From an uncultured virus (IMG/VR IMGVR_UViG_3300008116_000013) (lineage: Duplodnaviria; Heunggongvirae; Uroviricota; Caudoviricetes): a DNA stretch of 64,000 nt. A program made the position numbers and the translations under genes. The notes under the pieces were generated by a model, which saw only the letters and a program-made list of their open reading frames with translations, was not told the DNA's origin and made no database searches. Below, one piece after another: positions 1 to 8,101 of the stretch (position 1 is its first letter; each line of letters begins with the position of its first letter). The stretch is taken from the IMG/VR virus record IMGVR_UViG_3300008116_000013. One strand, given 5' to 3'.

Positions 1-25
1 ACAAACAGGATTGTTGCCCATCATA

Positions 26-298
26 TTACACAGACGGTTCTTCGCCTTGCTGCTTTTGGGTCTTACGGTTACTCTTTTCATTTTCAATCTCTAGTTTGAG
101 TTTACGAATTCCAGTAATGAAGTAAGCAAAGTCACGGGTCTCTGTGATAGGTTTGGTTTCACCACACACATCACAGGTTGACGTATAAACAGAAGAACAA
201 CCTACCGAATAAACACCATAGGTTCGTCCACAATCCATACAGGTATTATAAGCAGTTTCAAGTCTCTTGAGAAGTGCTTTCTTTTCTTTGAGGTTCAT
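26..298 (-). CDS. Small hypothetical protein with two CxxC pairs (zinc-ribbon-like)
   Basis: CMDC...CDVC motifs; likely start MNLKEKK at 298 within ORF 26..406. Confidence 0.6.
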   Translation of the reverse strand: MNLKEKKALLKRLETAYNTCMDCGRTYGVYSVGCSSVYTSTCDVCGETKPITETRDFAYFITGIRKLKLEIENEKSNRKTQKQQGEEPSV

Positions 299-452
299 AA
301 GGTCCAAGTTCAACACGGGGTTTTGTGTCTGCAAGGTAATCATACAGCATCTGGGCGAACCCGTACTGGGGTTTTGTGCCAGTTTCAATACTGGATGAGG
401 TGGCAACAGTCCACATTATATCAAGTTGTAGTTTATCAGGTAAGTTCTTCAT
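258..452 (-). CDS. Hypothetical phage protein
   Basis: 64-aa ORF packed between neighbouring minus-strand genes. Confidence 0.5.
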   Translation of the reverse strand: MKNLPDKLQLDIMWTVATSSSIETGTKPQYGFAQMLYDYLADTKPRVELGPYEPQRKESTSQET

Positions 453-786
453 CTAAATCAACATCAATACCATCAGTAAGGTCTTTCAATCGGTCAAAGA
501 AATCTTCATCAAGTGGATATACCTTTTCTTCTCCTCTATCAATTCTATCACACATTTCCATCAGGTACTCAAGAAACTCTTTGGGGTAGGTTTCATCTAG
601 GTTGATACTTGTCCAAAACCACTGGTAACATTCTTCATATGGGTCATCAGTTGGAAGTAGAGCATAGTCCTTATAGTTTCCACTGATGAGGTCTCTCCAC
701 ATCTTGAAGTTATTCCACATCTCTCTCCAACCAGTTTGGAAGCAGTGACCAAAGTAATATTCAAACCAGTTTAGTTTTTTAGCCAT
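436..786 (-). CDS. Hypothetical phage protein
   Basis: 116-aa ORF overlapping its neighbours, acidic C-terminus. Confidence 0.65.
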   Translation of the reverse strand: MAKKLNWFEYYFGHCFQTGWREMWNNFKMWRDLISGNYKDYALLPTDDPYEECYQWFWTSINLDETYPKEFLEYLMEMCDRIDRGEEKVYPLDEDFFDRLKDLTDGIDVDLDEELT

Positions 787-1063
787 CTTTCAACTTCATA
801 TAATCTCTTGCACGGTAAAACAATTCATCACGCCAGTTACGACCACAAATATCAAAAGTGAAACCTAACCGACCAATAGAAAATAGAAAGGAGAATAGTC
901 TTCCATATCCCATAGAGATTTGAAGATAAGGAAATTCAATCCATTTCCCATACTCTCCATAATCAAAAGCAAGTTGAAGTAGTGAATATCGTCTTCCAGT
1001 ACAAAGAGTCATATACCATTCTTTTCCGTAGTCGTTTCTTTCGCCAAATTGAATGAGTTTCAT
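779..1063 (-). CDS. Hypothetical phage protein
   Basis: 94-aa ORF in an operon-like arrangement. Confidence 0.6.
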   Translation of the reverse strand: MKLIQFGERNDYGKEWYMTLCTGRRYSLLQLAFDYGEYGKWIEFPYLQISMGYGRLFSFLFSIGRLGFTFDICGRNWRDELFYRARDYMKLKDG

Positions 1064-1065
1064 AA

Positions 1066-1269
1066 TCAGTAAGGTAACGACTTCAGACCATCTAATACTT
1101 CTTGGAATCTTTCGGCACGACTCTTGTGGTGCTCTACATTCTCTTCCAATACACCTACAATATCGTCCAGCACAACATCCAGAGAGGCATCAGTATCAAA
1201 GTATTTCTGGATTGCTTCGGCAAGGTATCTCCTCCGACTCCATTCCATACTATAAGGACGATAATTCAT
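1066..1269 (-). CDS. Hypothetical phage protein
   Basis: 67-aa ORF directly downstream of a consensus sigma70 promoter. Confidence 0.65.
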   Translation of the reverse strand: MNYRPYSMEWSRRRYLAEAIQKYFDTDASLDVVLDDIVGVLEENVEHHKSRAERFQEVLDGLKSLPY

Positions 1270-1290
1270 AATCAGAAAGTATATGCAGGT

Positions 1291-1319
1291 ATTATAGGGT
1301 ATCTAGGGCAGTTTGTCAA
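1291..1319 (-). promoter_or_regulatory. Sigma70-type (early) promoter
   Basis: Minus strand TTGACA-N17-TATAAT. Confidence 0.8.
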
Positions 1320-1519
1320 TCTTTGTTTTTTCTATCATACTGATGCCACTTGCACCAACCATCGGCAGCAATCTTTCCTTTTACTGCGGTACAGGCATTC
1401 GGTGGTCTCCACATATTACAATTGGAGCACTTCTCATTGCCCTTCGGATGATTTTGATATTTTGCTGTTTCCTTAGAAGACTTTTCTTCTTCTGCTATAA
1501 ACTCTTGATAGGATTTCAT
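1316..1519 (-). CDS. High-potential iron-sulfur protein (HiPIP)-like, with a T4-type capsid-targeting leader
   Basis: YQ...CSNC...C..VKGKI...GWCKW four-Cys HiPIP pattern; N-terminus MKSYQEFIAE. Confidence 0.8.
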   Translation of the reverse strand: MKSYQEFIAEEEKSSKETAKYQNHPKGNEKCSNCNMWRPPNACTAVKGKIAADGWCKWHQYDRKNKD

Positions 1520-1522
1520 TGG

Positions 1523-1996
1523 TTAAGTTGTCTCTTGTAACATTTTTCTATAACAATCTCTGGCAATAATTGCTTCATCTATCGTATCATAAGTGCCAAC
1601 ATAGTAGTTAATCTTTTTATGCCACATATTGACTTGATATTTACCAGATGGGACTTTTTTTATATTTCTCAACTCACCATTGGGACATCTGCGATTTATA
1701 TTTTGTGTAGAGTTGTCTGCCCATCTTATATTGCCAGGAATATATCCAGAGTTGTTGTTTATTCTATCAATAGAATATCCTTCTGGTCTTTCACCCAAAT
1801 TTTCATCAATATATTTTAGAAACTTTATAAAACCTGGCGGAGTTTGTGTGGTGCCGTGAAACCCTCTTTCAGACCACTCTTCAAAAATTTCTATCCCACG
1901 AGCACCATACTCTGAATAGTTTATATTTTTTGGATCTTTACATCTGCGTATCATACCATTCCAAGTATGATATAGGGGGTGTTGTGATACTTTCAT
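1523..1996 (-). CDS. HNH-family homing endonuclease with C-terminal AP2-like DNA-binding domain
   Basis: YHTWNGMIRRC...YGARGI...SIDRINNNSGYIPGNIRWA..QNINRR; C-terminal YVGTYDTIDEAIIARD. Confidence 0.85.
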   Translation of the reverse strand: MKVSQHPLYHTWNGMIRRCKDPKNINYSEYGARGIEIFEEWSERGFHGTTQTPPGFIKFLKYIDENLGERPEGYSIDRINNNSGYIPGNIRWADNSTQNINRRCPNGELRNIKKVPSGKYQVNMWHKKINYYVGTYDTIDEAIIARDCYRKMLQETT

Positions 1997-2020
1997 TGTA
2001 AGTCTTGGCGTGACTGATAC

Positions 2021-2028
2021 TATTTATA
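2021..2028 (-). promoter_or_regulatory. T4-type late promoter TATAAATA
   Basis: Exact TATAAATA 24 nt upstream of the HNH start codon. Confidence 0.75.
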
Positions 2029-2090
2029 ATAACATATGTGTGGGTCTTACGCAACATAATTCCGCCAAGACTTATTGTTGCTGCCCACCA

Positions 2091-2414
2091 TCAATCACGA
2101 GTGCGCCAATCAGTGTCATCTTCATCTCTCTTAAACCAATCGTGTAAGTCATCAGGAGAATCAAAACCACGACGACCAAATCTTTCGTGACCCAATCCAC
2201 CAATATCTAATTGATTCATAAAGTCGTCTAAGTCACCTTCTACCATATCTGGATTCTCTGCTCTCCTTCTTGCCTGACGAAGGATTGTTGCAGCACTTCG
2301 GTTTGCTTTGGCGAGTTTTTCACACCAAATCATTTCACTTAATTCAACTGACTCACCTTTTACAATCTTATCACAAATTGATTCAAGTCTGAGTCTGTAT
2401 TGTGTGGAAAGCAT
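2091..2414 (-). CDS. Conserved cyanophage hypothetical protein
   Basis: MLSTQYRLRLE...WRTRD, recalled as a cyanomyovirus ORF type. Confidence 0.75.
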   Translation of the reverse strand: MLSTQYRLRLESICDKIVKGESVELSEMIWCEKLAKANRSAATILRQARRRAENPDMVEGDLDDFMNQLDIGGLGHERFGRRGFDSPDDLHDWFKRDEDDTDWRTRD

Positions 2415-2434
2415 ATTCTAACTCCAGATATGGG

Positions 2435-2668
2435 TTATTTATTTTTGTATTCATCCATTAACTCTTTTGCGAGTTTCATAGACCGACGCCACATAAGATA
2501 CTTCACAATCGGATTTGCAGGATTATGTAATATCCACCACTTTGTCTTTTCATATTGAACTCTTGCAAGTTGAGTGAGCATATAAAACCCTCTTGCGACT
2601 GATTGATCGGTGATAATCAGATATGCGATGCAAAAGAATATGATAAAGTAAATGTATGAGGTACTCAT
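2435..2668 (-). CDS. Hypothetical membrane protein
   Basis: Hydrophobic N-terminal segment. Confidence 0.6.
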   Translation of the reverse strand: MSTSYIYFIIFFCIAYLIITDQSVARGFYMLTQLARVQYEKTKWWILHNPANPIVKYLMWRRSMKLAKELMDEYKNK

Positions 2669-2838
2669 TGTCTTAGAGTTTTGAGATATTCTAACACATG
2701 CTCACGAACAATCATGAGTTCGTTGTAACATTCTTGATTATGAGCACAGTTTCTCAATTCATGATCTGGTTTCAGAACACTCTCTTCAAATAAAGTCAAA
2801 CCACGATTCCATTTATCGGATTGAGATTCATTTTGCAT
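2665..2838 (-). CDS. Small hypothetical protein (57 aa; not in ORF track)
   Basis: Manual translation MQNESQSDKWNRGLTLFEESVLKPDHELRNCAHNQECYNEL...; overlaps neighbours. Confidence 0.6.
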   Translation of the reverse strand: MQNESQSDKWNRGLTLFEESVLKPDHELRNCAHNQECYNELMIVREHVLEYLKTLRQ

Positions 2839-2998
2839 CTTTTTTAATCACCACAGGGCAGGATGGAATAGTTTCACGAATGAGATTGATAAGTTCTACT
2901 TTGATTTCATTCGATAACATTTTATGTGTTCGAATTCGATTGATAACATCATGAGCTTGACCGCAGGTGATAATCGTAGTGAGAAACAGAGCAGTCAT
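2828..2998 (-). CDS. Small hypothetical protein (56 aa; not in ORF track)
   Basis: Manual translation MTALFLTTIITCGQAHDVINRI...IPSCPVVIKKDAK. Confidence 0.55.
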   Translation of the reverse strand: MTALFLTTIITCGQAHDVINRIRTHKMLSNEIKVELINLIRETIPSCPVVIKKDAK

Positions 2999-3022
2999 AG
3001 CTCTCTCCTATTCTCAAAATAT

Positions 3023-3229
3023 TTATTGACCAAATCCCTTGCTCTTAACCTTTTGTTTATCTTTTACGATGATAACATCTAAAAAATCGGGGATCTGGCA
3101 GTTCTGGAACCAGAACCCCTGAGCATCCGTCCAATTGTCGAAAAATACCTTTTTGTCATTTTTCAGGACAACTTCATAGGTATGTCTATCATAAGGGACA
3201 TCAGATGTGACTTTAAATGTCTGAGTCAT
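3023..3229 (-). CDS. Hypothetical phage protein
   Basis: 68-aa ORF ending in a KGFG tail. Confidence 0.65.
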   Translation of the reverse strand: MTQTFKVTSDVPYDRHTYEVVLKNDKKVFFDNWTDAQGFWFQNCQIPDFLDVIIVKDKQKVKSKGFGQ

Positions 3230-3447
3230 AGAAATTTGTCCAGTGATGAGACTGATTTGCCGTTCATTGCCTTCTGAATATAAGACTTGGCAGTCTTATA
3301 GGTGCTGGCAGTGTGAACTTGCTGCCCATTGTGAATGATAACAAACTTTTTACCATAAGGAACGGCAGCCCACATGCCATCCTTAGTCACATATCCGTTG
3401 GGGTCTCCTGGTTTAGGATTCAGAATACCTTCATTTTGTATATTCAT
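3226..3447 (-). CDS. Hypothetical phage protein
   Basis: 73-aa ORF, ATGA overlap with the next gene. Confidence 0.65.
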   Translation of the reverse strand: MNIQNEGILNPKPGDPNGYVTKDGMWAAVPYGKKFVIIHNGQQVHTASTYKTAKSYIQKAMNGKSVSSLDKFL

Positions 3448-3448
3448 T

Positions 3449-4237
3449 TCAGTTAAAAAATTGATCTAAAGGATTAAAAGATCGGATTCGTTCCATTGCC
3501 ATATTAACATACTCCTCATGAATTTCAACTCCAAGATACTTCCGTTTCAAATCAATACATGAAATTGCAGTTGTCCCAGATCCCATAAAAGGATCAAGAA
3601 CTAAATCACCAATGTAACTGTAATACTTAATGATACGATCAGACAGTTCTTTTGGATAGGGCGCTAAATGATCTGAATGTGTTTCTGGATTGATCTTCCA
3701 TACGTTAGATCGTTCATAGTCTTCATTGACAAGTGATTGCTCTAATACATCACCATCATAAGATCGAACAACTTTATCAATTAAGAATGGTGCTGGTTTC
3801 TGAAATACAAAGATAGTCTCAGTTACAATGTTTGGTTTGTATGCAACTGGTTTGCGATGTTGAAAGAATCCACCATTACGATTAATTGATGCACCCTCAG
3901 GTTTTAACCAGATAATATCATCAATGTATTTCCATCCCATTTGTTCCATTAAAGTAAAAAAATGAAATGGAATTGCAAGACGTTTACTCTCATGTGCCCG
4001 TGATTGTCTTGCCTCAATCACTGGAGAAAGATTTACAACACACATTCTACCTGGTTGAGTGACTCTTAACACTTCAAGAAACACATTTCTCAAGAAGTCA
4101 AGATACTCTTGGTAAGTTGGCCAAGTTGAATATTCTCTGGCGTTATAATATGGAGGAGAGGTGCAAGTAAGATGCACACTCTCACTTTCTATTTCTTTTA
4201 AAAGTCGGGATGAATCTCCCTGTAAGATCTGATCCAT
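3449..4237 (-). CDS. Beta-class amino-methyltransferase (N4-C/N6-A DNA MTase)
   Basis: TSPPY catalytic motif IV precedes VLDPFMGSGTT motif I. Confidence 0.92.
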   Translation of the reverse strand: MDQILQGDSSRLLKEIESESVHLTCTSPPYYNAREYSTWPTYQEYLDFLRNVFLEVLRVTQPGRMCVVNLSPVIEARQSRAHESKRLAIPFHFFTLMEQMGWKYIDDIIWLKPEGASINRNGGFFQHRKPVAYKPNIVTETIFVFQKPAPFLIDKVVRSYDGDVLEQSLVNEDYERSNVWKINPETHSDHLAPYPKELSDRIIKYYSYIGDLVLDPFMGSGTTAISCIDLKRKYLGVEIHEEYVNMAMERIRSFNPLDQFFN

Positions 4238-4662
4238 TGAATTTTTCTACTCGATGCTTTGTTACTATCACAATCACCGTTAATTAGTGATTTTCGACCA
4301 TGACACAGTTTACAATAAGTTTTAACATTGTCTGGAATATTGTTATGATGATCGCCATCTAGATGGTCAAGATCCAAACTGTTTTCAAATCCAACCCATC
4401 CATCTTTAGGAACTGGACAAGTCCATCCAAGATGTCCATCATGATTTTCACAATATGATTTCTTATGAATTGTAACTCCAGGAATTACTTTACCATTCTT
4501 TCGAGCACTAGTGCAACGGGAACATTCGGATTTGAAAGACCAATACTTCCATTCTCGCACAAGAACTTTATTATTACAACCATCATTGACACATGTAGGA
4601 AGTTCATGCCCTTCGACAAAGAACTTCTCTTTCATTTGTTTGGAAAGACTCAACATAATCAA
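4198..4662 (-). CDS. HNH endonuclease with Cys-rich N-terminus
   Basis: LDLDHLDGDHHNNIPDNVKTYCKLCH; additional CxxC pairs. Confidence 0.85.
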   Translation of the reverse strand: MIMLSLSKQMKEKFFVEGHELPTCVNDGCNNKVLVREWKYWSFKSECSRCTSARKNGKVIPGVTIHKKSYCENHDGHLGWTCPVPKDGWVGFENSLDLDHLDGDHHNNIPDNVKTYCKLCHGRKSLINGDCDSNKASSRKIQWIRSYREIHPDF

Positions 4663-4799
4663 AATACAATGTTAGAGGACATTACACGGGCATTTGGATA
4701 TTGTGCAAGAGCAACTTGTATTGCTTCTTGACGATTGCGGGCATAACACTCAACATAGAATGTTTGTCCACTAACCATGCAGGTGACACGATGCTTCAT
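4659..4799 (-). CDS. Small hypothetical protein
   Basis: MKHRVTCMVSGQTFYVECYARNRQEAIQVALAQYPNARV; probable true start inside ORF 4659..4928. Confidence 0.6.
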   Translation of the reverse strand: MKHRVTCMVSGQTFYVECYARNRQEAIQVALAQYPNARVMSSNIVF

Positions 4800-4806
4800 A
4801 ATTACC

Positions 4807-6087
4807 TCAGCGTTTGATGGTGGAGATTGCAGGTTCGCCTTGAACAAAGATCGTCTCAGCGACACTCTGCAAACGTTTGGCAGTTGCGATGCCAACGTTA
4901 CTATACACGGGAACATGAATGAACCCATAGGACTTGTGATAGTCCTTCAACTGTCCAGGCACCAAAGAACCCTCTGAGAGGCGCTTAGAATCGTCTGGAT
5001 GGAGGCGAATCACACGCCCAATGGTCTGTGCCATAGCAATGTAATCCATGTTCCTCATGAGGACGCAGGAGGTCAATCCAGGACAGTTGATACCCTCAGA
5101 AAGGATGCTGTAGTGAAGAATGATGAACTTCTTCTCAGGATCCTTACCCCATGCAGTCAGAGTGTCAAAAAACAGTTCACGGGAAACCTTTTTGTTGTTG
5201 ATGAATGCACCATACTTTGCAGTCACCCACAATACATCATAACCATGTGACTGAACTTCTGTCATAAAATCAGTCTCAGCAAGCATTCGAACCAACACTT
5301 TAGTATTGGGTGCTGCTACCAAAACCTTCTGCATATTGTCCTCATTGAGAATCTTATCCAGAAGAGTCATGCAATCACGCTCTGCTGCATCATCTTTGTC
5401 ACGAATTGCATTGATCTGACTCACACAAACCTGAGGAGGAACAATGAAACCACCTTCAACCAATTCAGGTGCAGCAACATTACAAATTACTTGACCATAT
5501 ACAGATCCATCATTCATGCCAGGTTTGGAAATAGTAGCAGAATGCTTAGGAGTAGCAGTGAAGAAATAGCAGCGGTTAGCAGTAGCAGAGAAGTGTTTTG
5601 TAGCAGGGAAAAAATGACTCTTAACACTGTTGTGTGCTTCATCAAAGTAAATAGTGTCAATATGAATGTCTGCTTGCTGTAGACGCTGTAGAGAGTTGTA
5701 GGTAGTGAAGATCAGTTTGTGTTTGGGAGCATCAGGATTGAATGCACTAGTCACAATTTGATTCCAATACTGAATCTCAGAGGGTTTTGTAGTGCTAAAA
5801 TGCCTTGTTTCCCCCGAATGGATATGAATAACAGATGCATTAGTAACATACTCCAAGAATTCAGCAGACAACTGTTCACTCAAAAGAATACGAGGAGCAA
5901 CTACAACAATAGTTTGAGGATCGCTATTGGAAAACTCTTTGATCGCATCAGCAATCATGGTCAGAGTCTTTCCAGCACCAGTCGGCATGATCAATTGACC
6001 AATACGATACTTGAGCATTGCTTCAAGACCGCGTTGCTGGTGAGGACGGAGTTGAATCACAGGGATCATTGCGTATGAGACTATCAT
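4807..6087 (-). CDS. Superfamily 2 (DEAD/DEAH, ResIII-like) helicase
   Basis: LRPHQ Q-motif, PTGAGKT Walker A, DEAH, TAT, SEGIN, QTIGRVIR. Confidence 0.9.
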   Translation of the reverse strand: MIVSYAMIPVIQLRPHQQRGLEAMLKYRIGQLIMPTGAGKTLTMIADAIKEFSNSDPQTIVVVAPRILLSEQLSAEFLEYVTNASVIHIHSGETRHFSTTKPSEIQYWNQIVTSAFNPDAPKHKLIFTTYNSLQRLQQADIHIDTIYFDEAHNSVKSHFFPATKHFSATANRCYFFTATPKHSATISKPGMNDGSVYGQVICNVAAPELVEGGFIVPPQVCVSQINAIRDKDDAAERDCMTLLDKILNEDNMQKVLVAAPNTKVLVRMLAETDFMTEVQSHGYDVLWVTAKYGAFINNKKVSRELFFDTLTAWGKDPEKKFIILHYSILSEGINCPGLTSCVLMRNMDYIAMAQTIGRVIRLHPDDSKRLSEGSLVPGQLKDYHKSYGFIHVPVYSNVGIATAKRLQSVAETIFVQGEPAISTIKR

Positions 6088-6183
6088 AGCAGAAAACCGT
6101 CCCTGATGCGACTCAGTGGACGGTTTCCTAAGTGTCCTATGAAGCTTTAGATTCTCATCTTCAACCGGGACAAAGGTAGTCTA

Positions 6184-6516
6184 CTAGGATTGTTGTTTTT
6201 TGTCAATATCTTCAGCAATTTTTTGAAATTTTGAATCCCAAGTTTCTTTATCAGCATCCCATTTACTTAGTGGGCATGAGTCAAGGATAATTTTTGCCTT
6301 TGCAGGAACATAGCATCCACATTCTCTGCAACGATTTTCTAATTCATCATACTTATCACAACCTTTGCATGTTTCAATTCTTTGTTTATAAATTTCGTCA
6401 GAAACAAAGAGAATTGCATCACGATTTTGAGTTATGTATTGAACTAATTCCCAAGAAAAATTAGCAAGATTTTTGGTTTGTTCTATAAGAGAAGGATAAT
6501 TTTTATCTTCAGACAT
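6184..6516 (-). CDS. Cys-rich hypothetical protein (DUF6171-like)
   Basis: RIETCKGC...CRECGCYVPAKAK....CPLSKW. Confidence 0.7.
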   Translation of the reverse strand: MSEDKNYPSLIEQTKNLANFSWELVQYITQNRDAILFVSDEIYKQRIETCKGCDKYDELENRCRECGCYVPAKAKIILDSCPLSKWDADKETWDSKFQKIAEDIDKKQQS

Positions 6517-6542
6517 TGTTTTTATATTTCAACTAAAAATAT

Positions 6543-8084
6543 TTATTGTGGTTGATAAGATCCCTTTATAGTTGATGCATTTATTGATCCTGATATTGTA
6601 TAATTTGATCCAACAATTGCCGATCCACCATTTCCTGCACCTGTAGCTCCTGTGGTGCCAGATCCAGATGTTGCCCAATCTCCACCAGAACCACCGGATT
6701 CTCCATTTGATCCACGAGTAGCACCACAAGTTGATGGGCTATACGACAAAGTATATTGATCAACAGAGGTTATATAAATTCTTGCATTTGTATCATCTCC
6801 ACTATTGTCTCTCAACTTAACACCATTATCTCTAATTAGAACATTTCTTGGATTTCCAGAAATTTGCACCATATATGTCTTTGGAGATACATTAAAAGTA
6901 TATCTTCTAATTCCATTTTTAAAATTCCATGAGAATATTTCTGCATACGCTGCAGTATTACCATCACGAACTCTAATCGTATCGTAACATCTACCATTAG
7001 TATTTGGATTATCATTTGTATCAATTTCCATAGTAATTCGGGCAGATCCACTCCCAGTTACATTTAAGAAAGCATCATCATTATTTTCTGTCCAGTAATA
7101 TCCGATAGATGATAAGGAATATCCAGCACCTGCAGGATCCGAACCAAGACCTCCAGGAGACCCTAATAAAGTTCCATCTTGATTATTATATCCTCTACCA
7201 TATCCACCTGTTCCTCCATATCCACCTGCTCCAGCAGTGATTGTTGAATATTGAGTACATCGACGATACTGAGTATTTTTCACACATCGTTCACAACAAC
7301 CCCAGCACCAATCGCAAGTAGATTGACAACAATTCCCACCCCAAGTTCCAGCATCATTATAACCACTACCGCAACCAGGAGCTCCGCCACATCCTTGAGT
7401 CGTATATTCATTATAACAAGATCCTGCGCCTCCAGGAGCACCTTGAGATCCTCTCTCACCTCCACCGCCGCCACCATATACTTGTGCCGATGGTCTTAAT
7501 AAAACATTAACATTATTTCCACCGATGGGAGATAACGAAAAAGCGTTTCCACCATTCTCACCTCCAGGATCAGGTGCGCCATTACCAGTTCCACCTCCTC
7601 TTCCAGAAGCACCAAAAATTTGACCAAAAACATCAATTACCAAATTATGTGCAATTGTATTCAATATTGCAGATGGAGTAGAAGTATTTACAGATCCACA
7701 GATTCCATCAATAAACAAAAATTTTCTAATGTTCTTATTTAAATTATTATTCCAAGATTGATTTGAGATATCAAGATTAAGTTCAGTATCACTTTGAGTA
7801 AGATAATAATATTTTACTGAATTTCTAAATTGTGATGTTTTCCAATTATTTGATGTTGAAATATTGGCATTTTCGGTAGAATCTGGAACAACTGGGTCTG
7901 TATTTGTTGTACTTATGATTCTTTTTAGTTCTGAAACACTAATTTGACCAGTATCACTATTAAATGTCTCAGTTGTAGAAGAGGTTTGTTTTCTCTGCTG
8001 AGCACGAAAATTAGATCTTAAAGAACTAAAGGAAATAGCACCTGAAGAGTAATAAGGACCAGCTTTTGATACTGTTACTGCCAT
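6543..8084 (-). CDS. Glycine-rich virion/tail-associated protein with Cys-rich insert
   Basis: GAISFSSLR N-terminus, GGGGGG tracts, CCQSTCDWCWGCCERC segment; located in tail-fibre region. Confidence 0.65.
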   Translation of the reverse strand: MAVTVSKAGPYYSSGAISFSSLRSNFRAQQRKQTSSTTETFNSDTGQISVSELKRIISTTNTDPVVPDSTENANISTSNNWKTSQFRNSVKYYYLTQSDTELNLDISNQSWNNNLNKNIRKFLFIDGICGSVNTSTPSAILNTIAHNLVIDVFGQIFGASGRGGGTGNGAPDPGGENGGNAFSLSPIGGNNVNVLLRPSAQVYGGGGGGERGSQGAPGGAGSCYNEYTTQGCGGAPGCGSGYNDAGTWGGNCCQSTCDWCWGCCERCVKNTQYRRCTQYSTITAGAGGYGGTGGYGRGYNNQDGTLLGSPGGLGSDPAGAGYSLSSIGYYWTENNDDAFLNVTGSGSARITMEIDTNDNPNTNGRCYDTIRVRDGNTAAYAEIFSWNFKNGIRRYTFNVSPKTYMVQISGNPRNVLIRDNGVKLRDNSGDDTNARIYITSVDQYTLSYSPSTCGATRGSNGESGGSGGDWATSGSGTTGATGAGNGGSAIVGSNYTISGSINASTIKGSYQPQ

Positions 8085-8101
8085 TACACTGAGTTTTTCC
8101 T

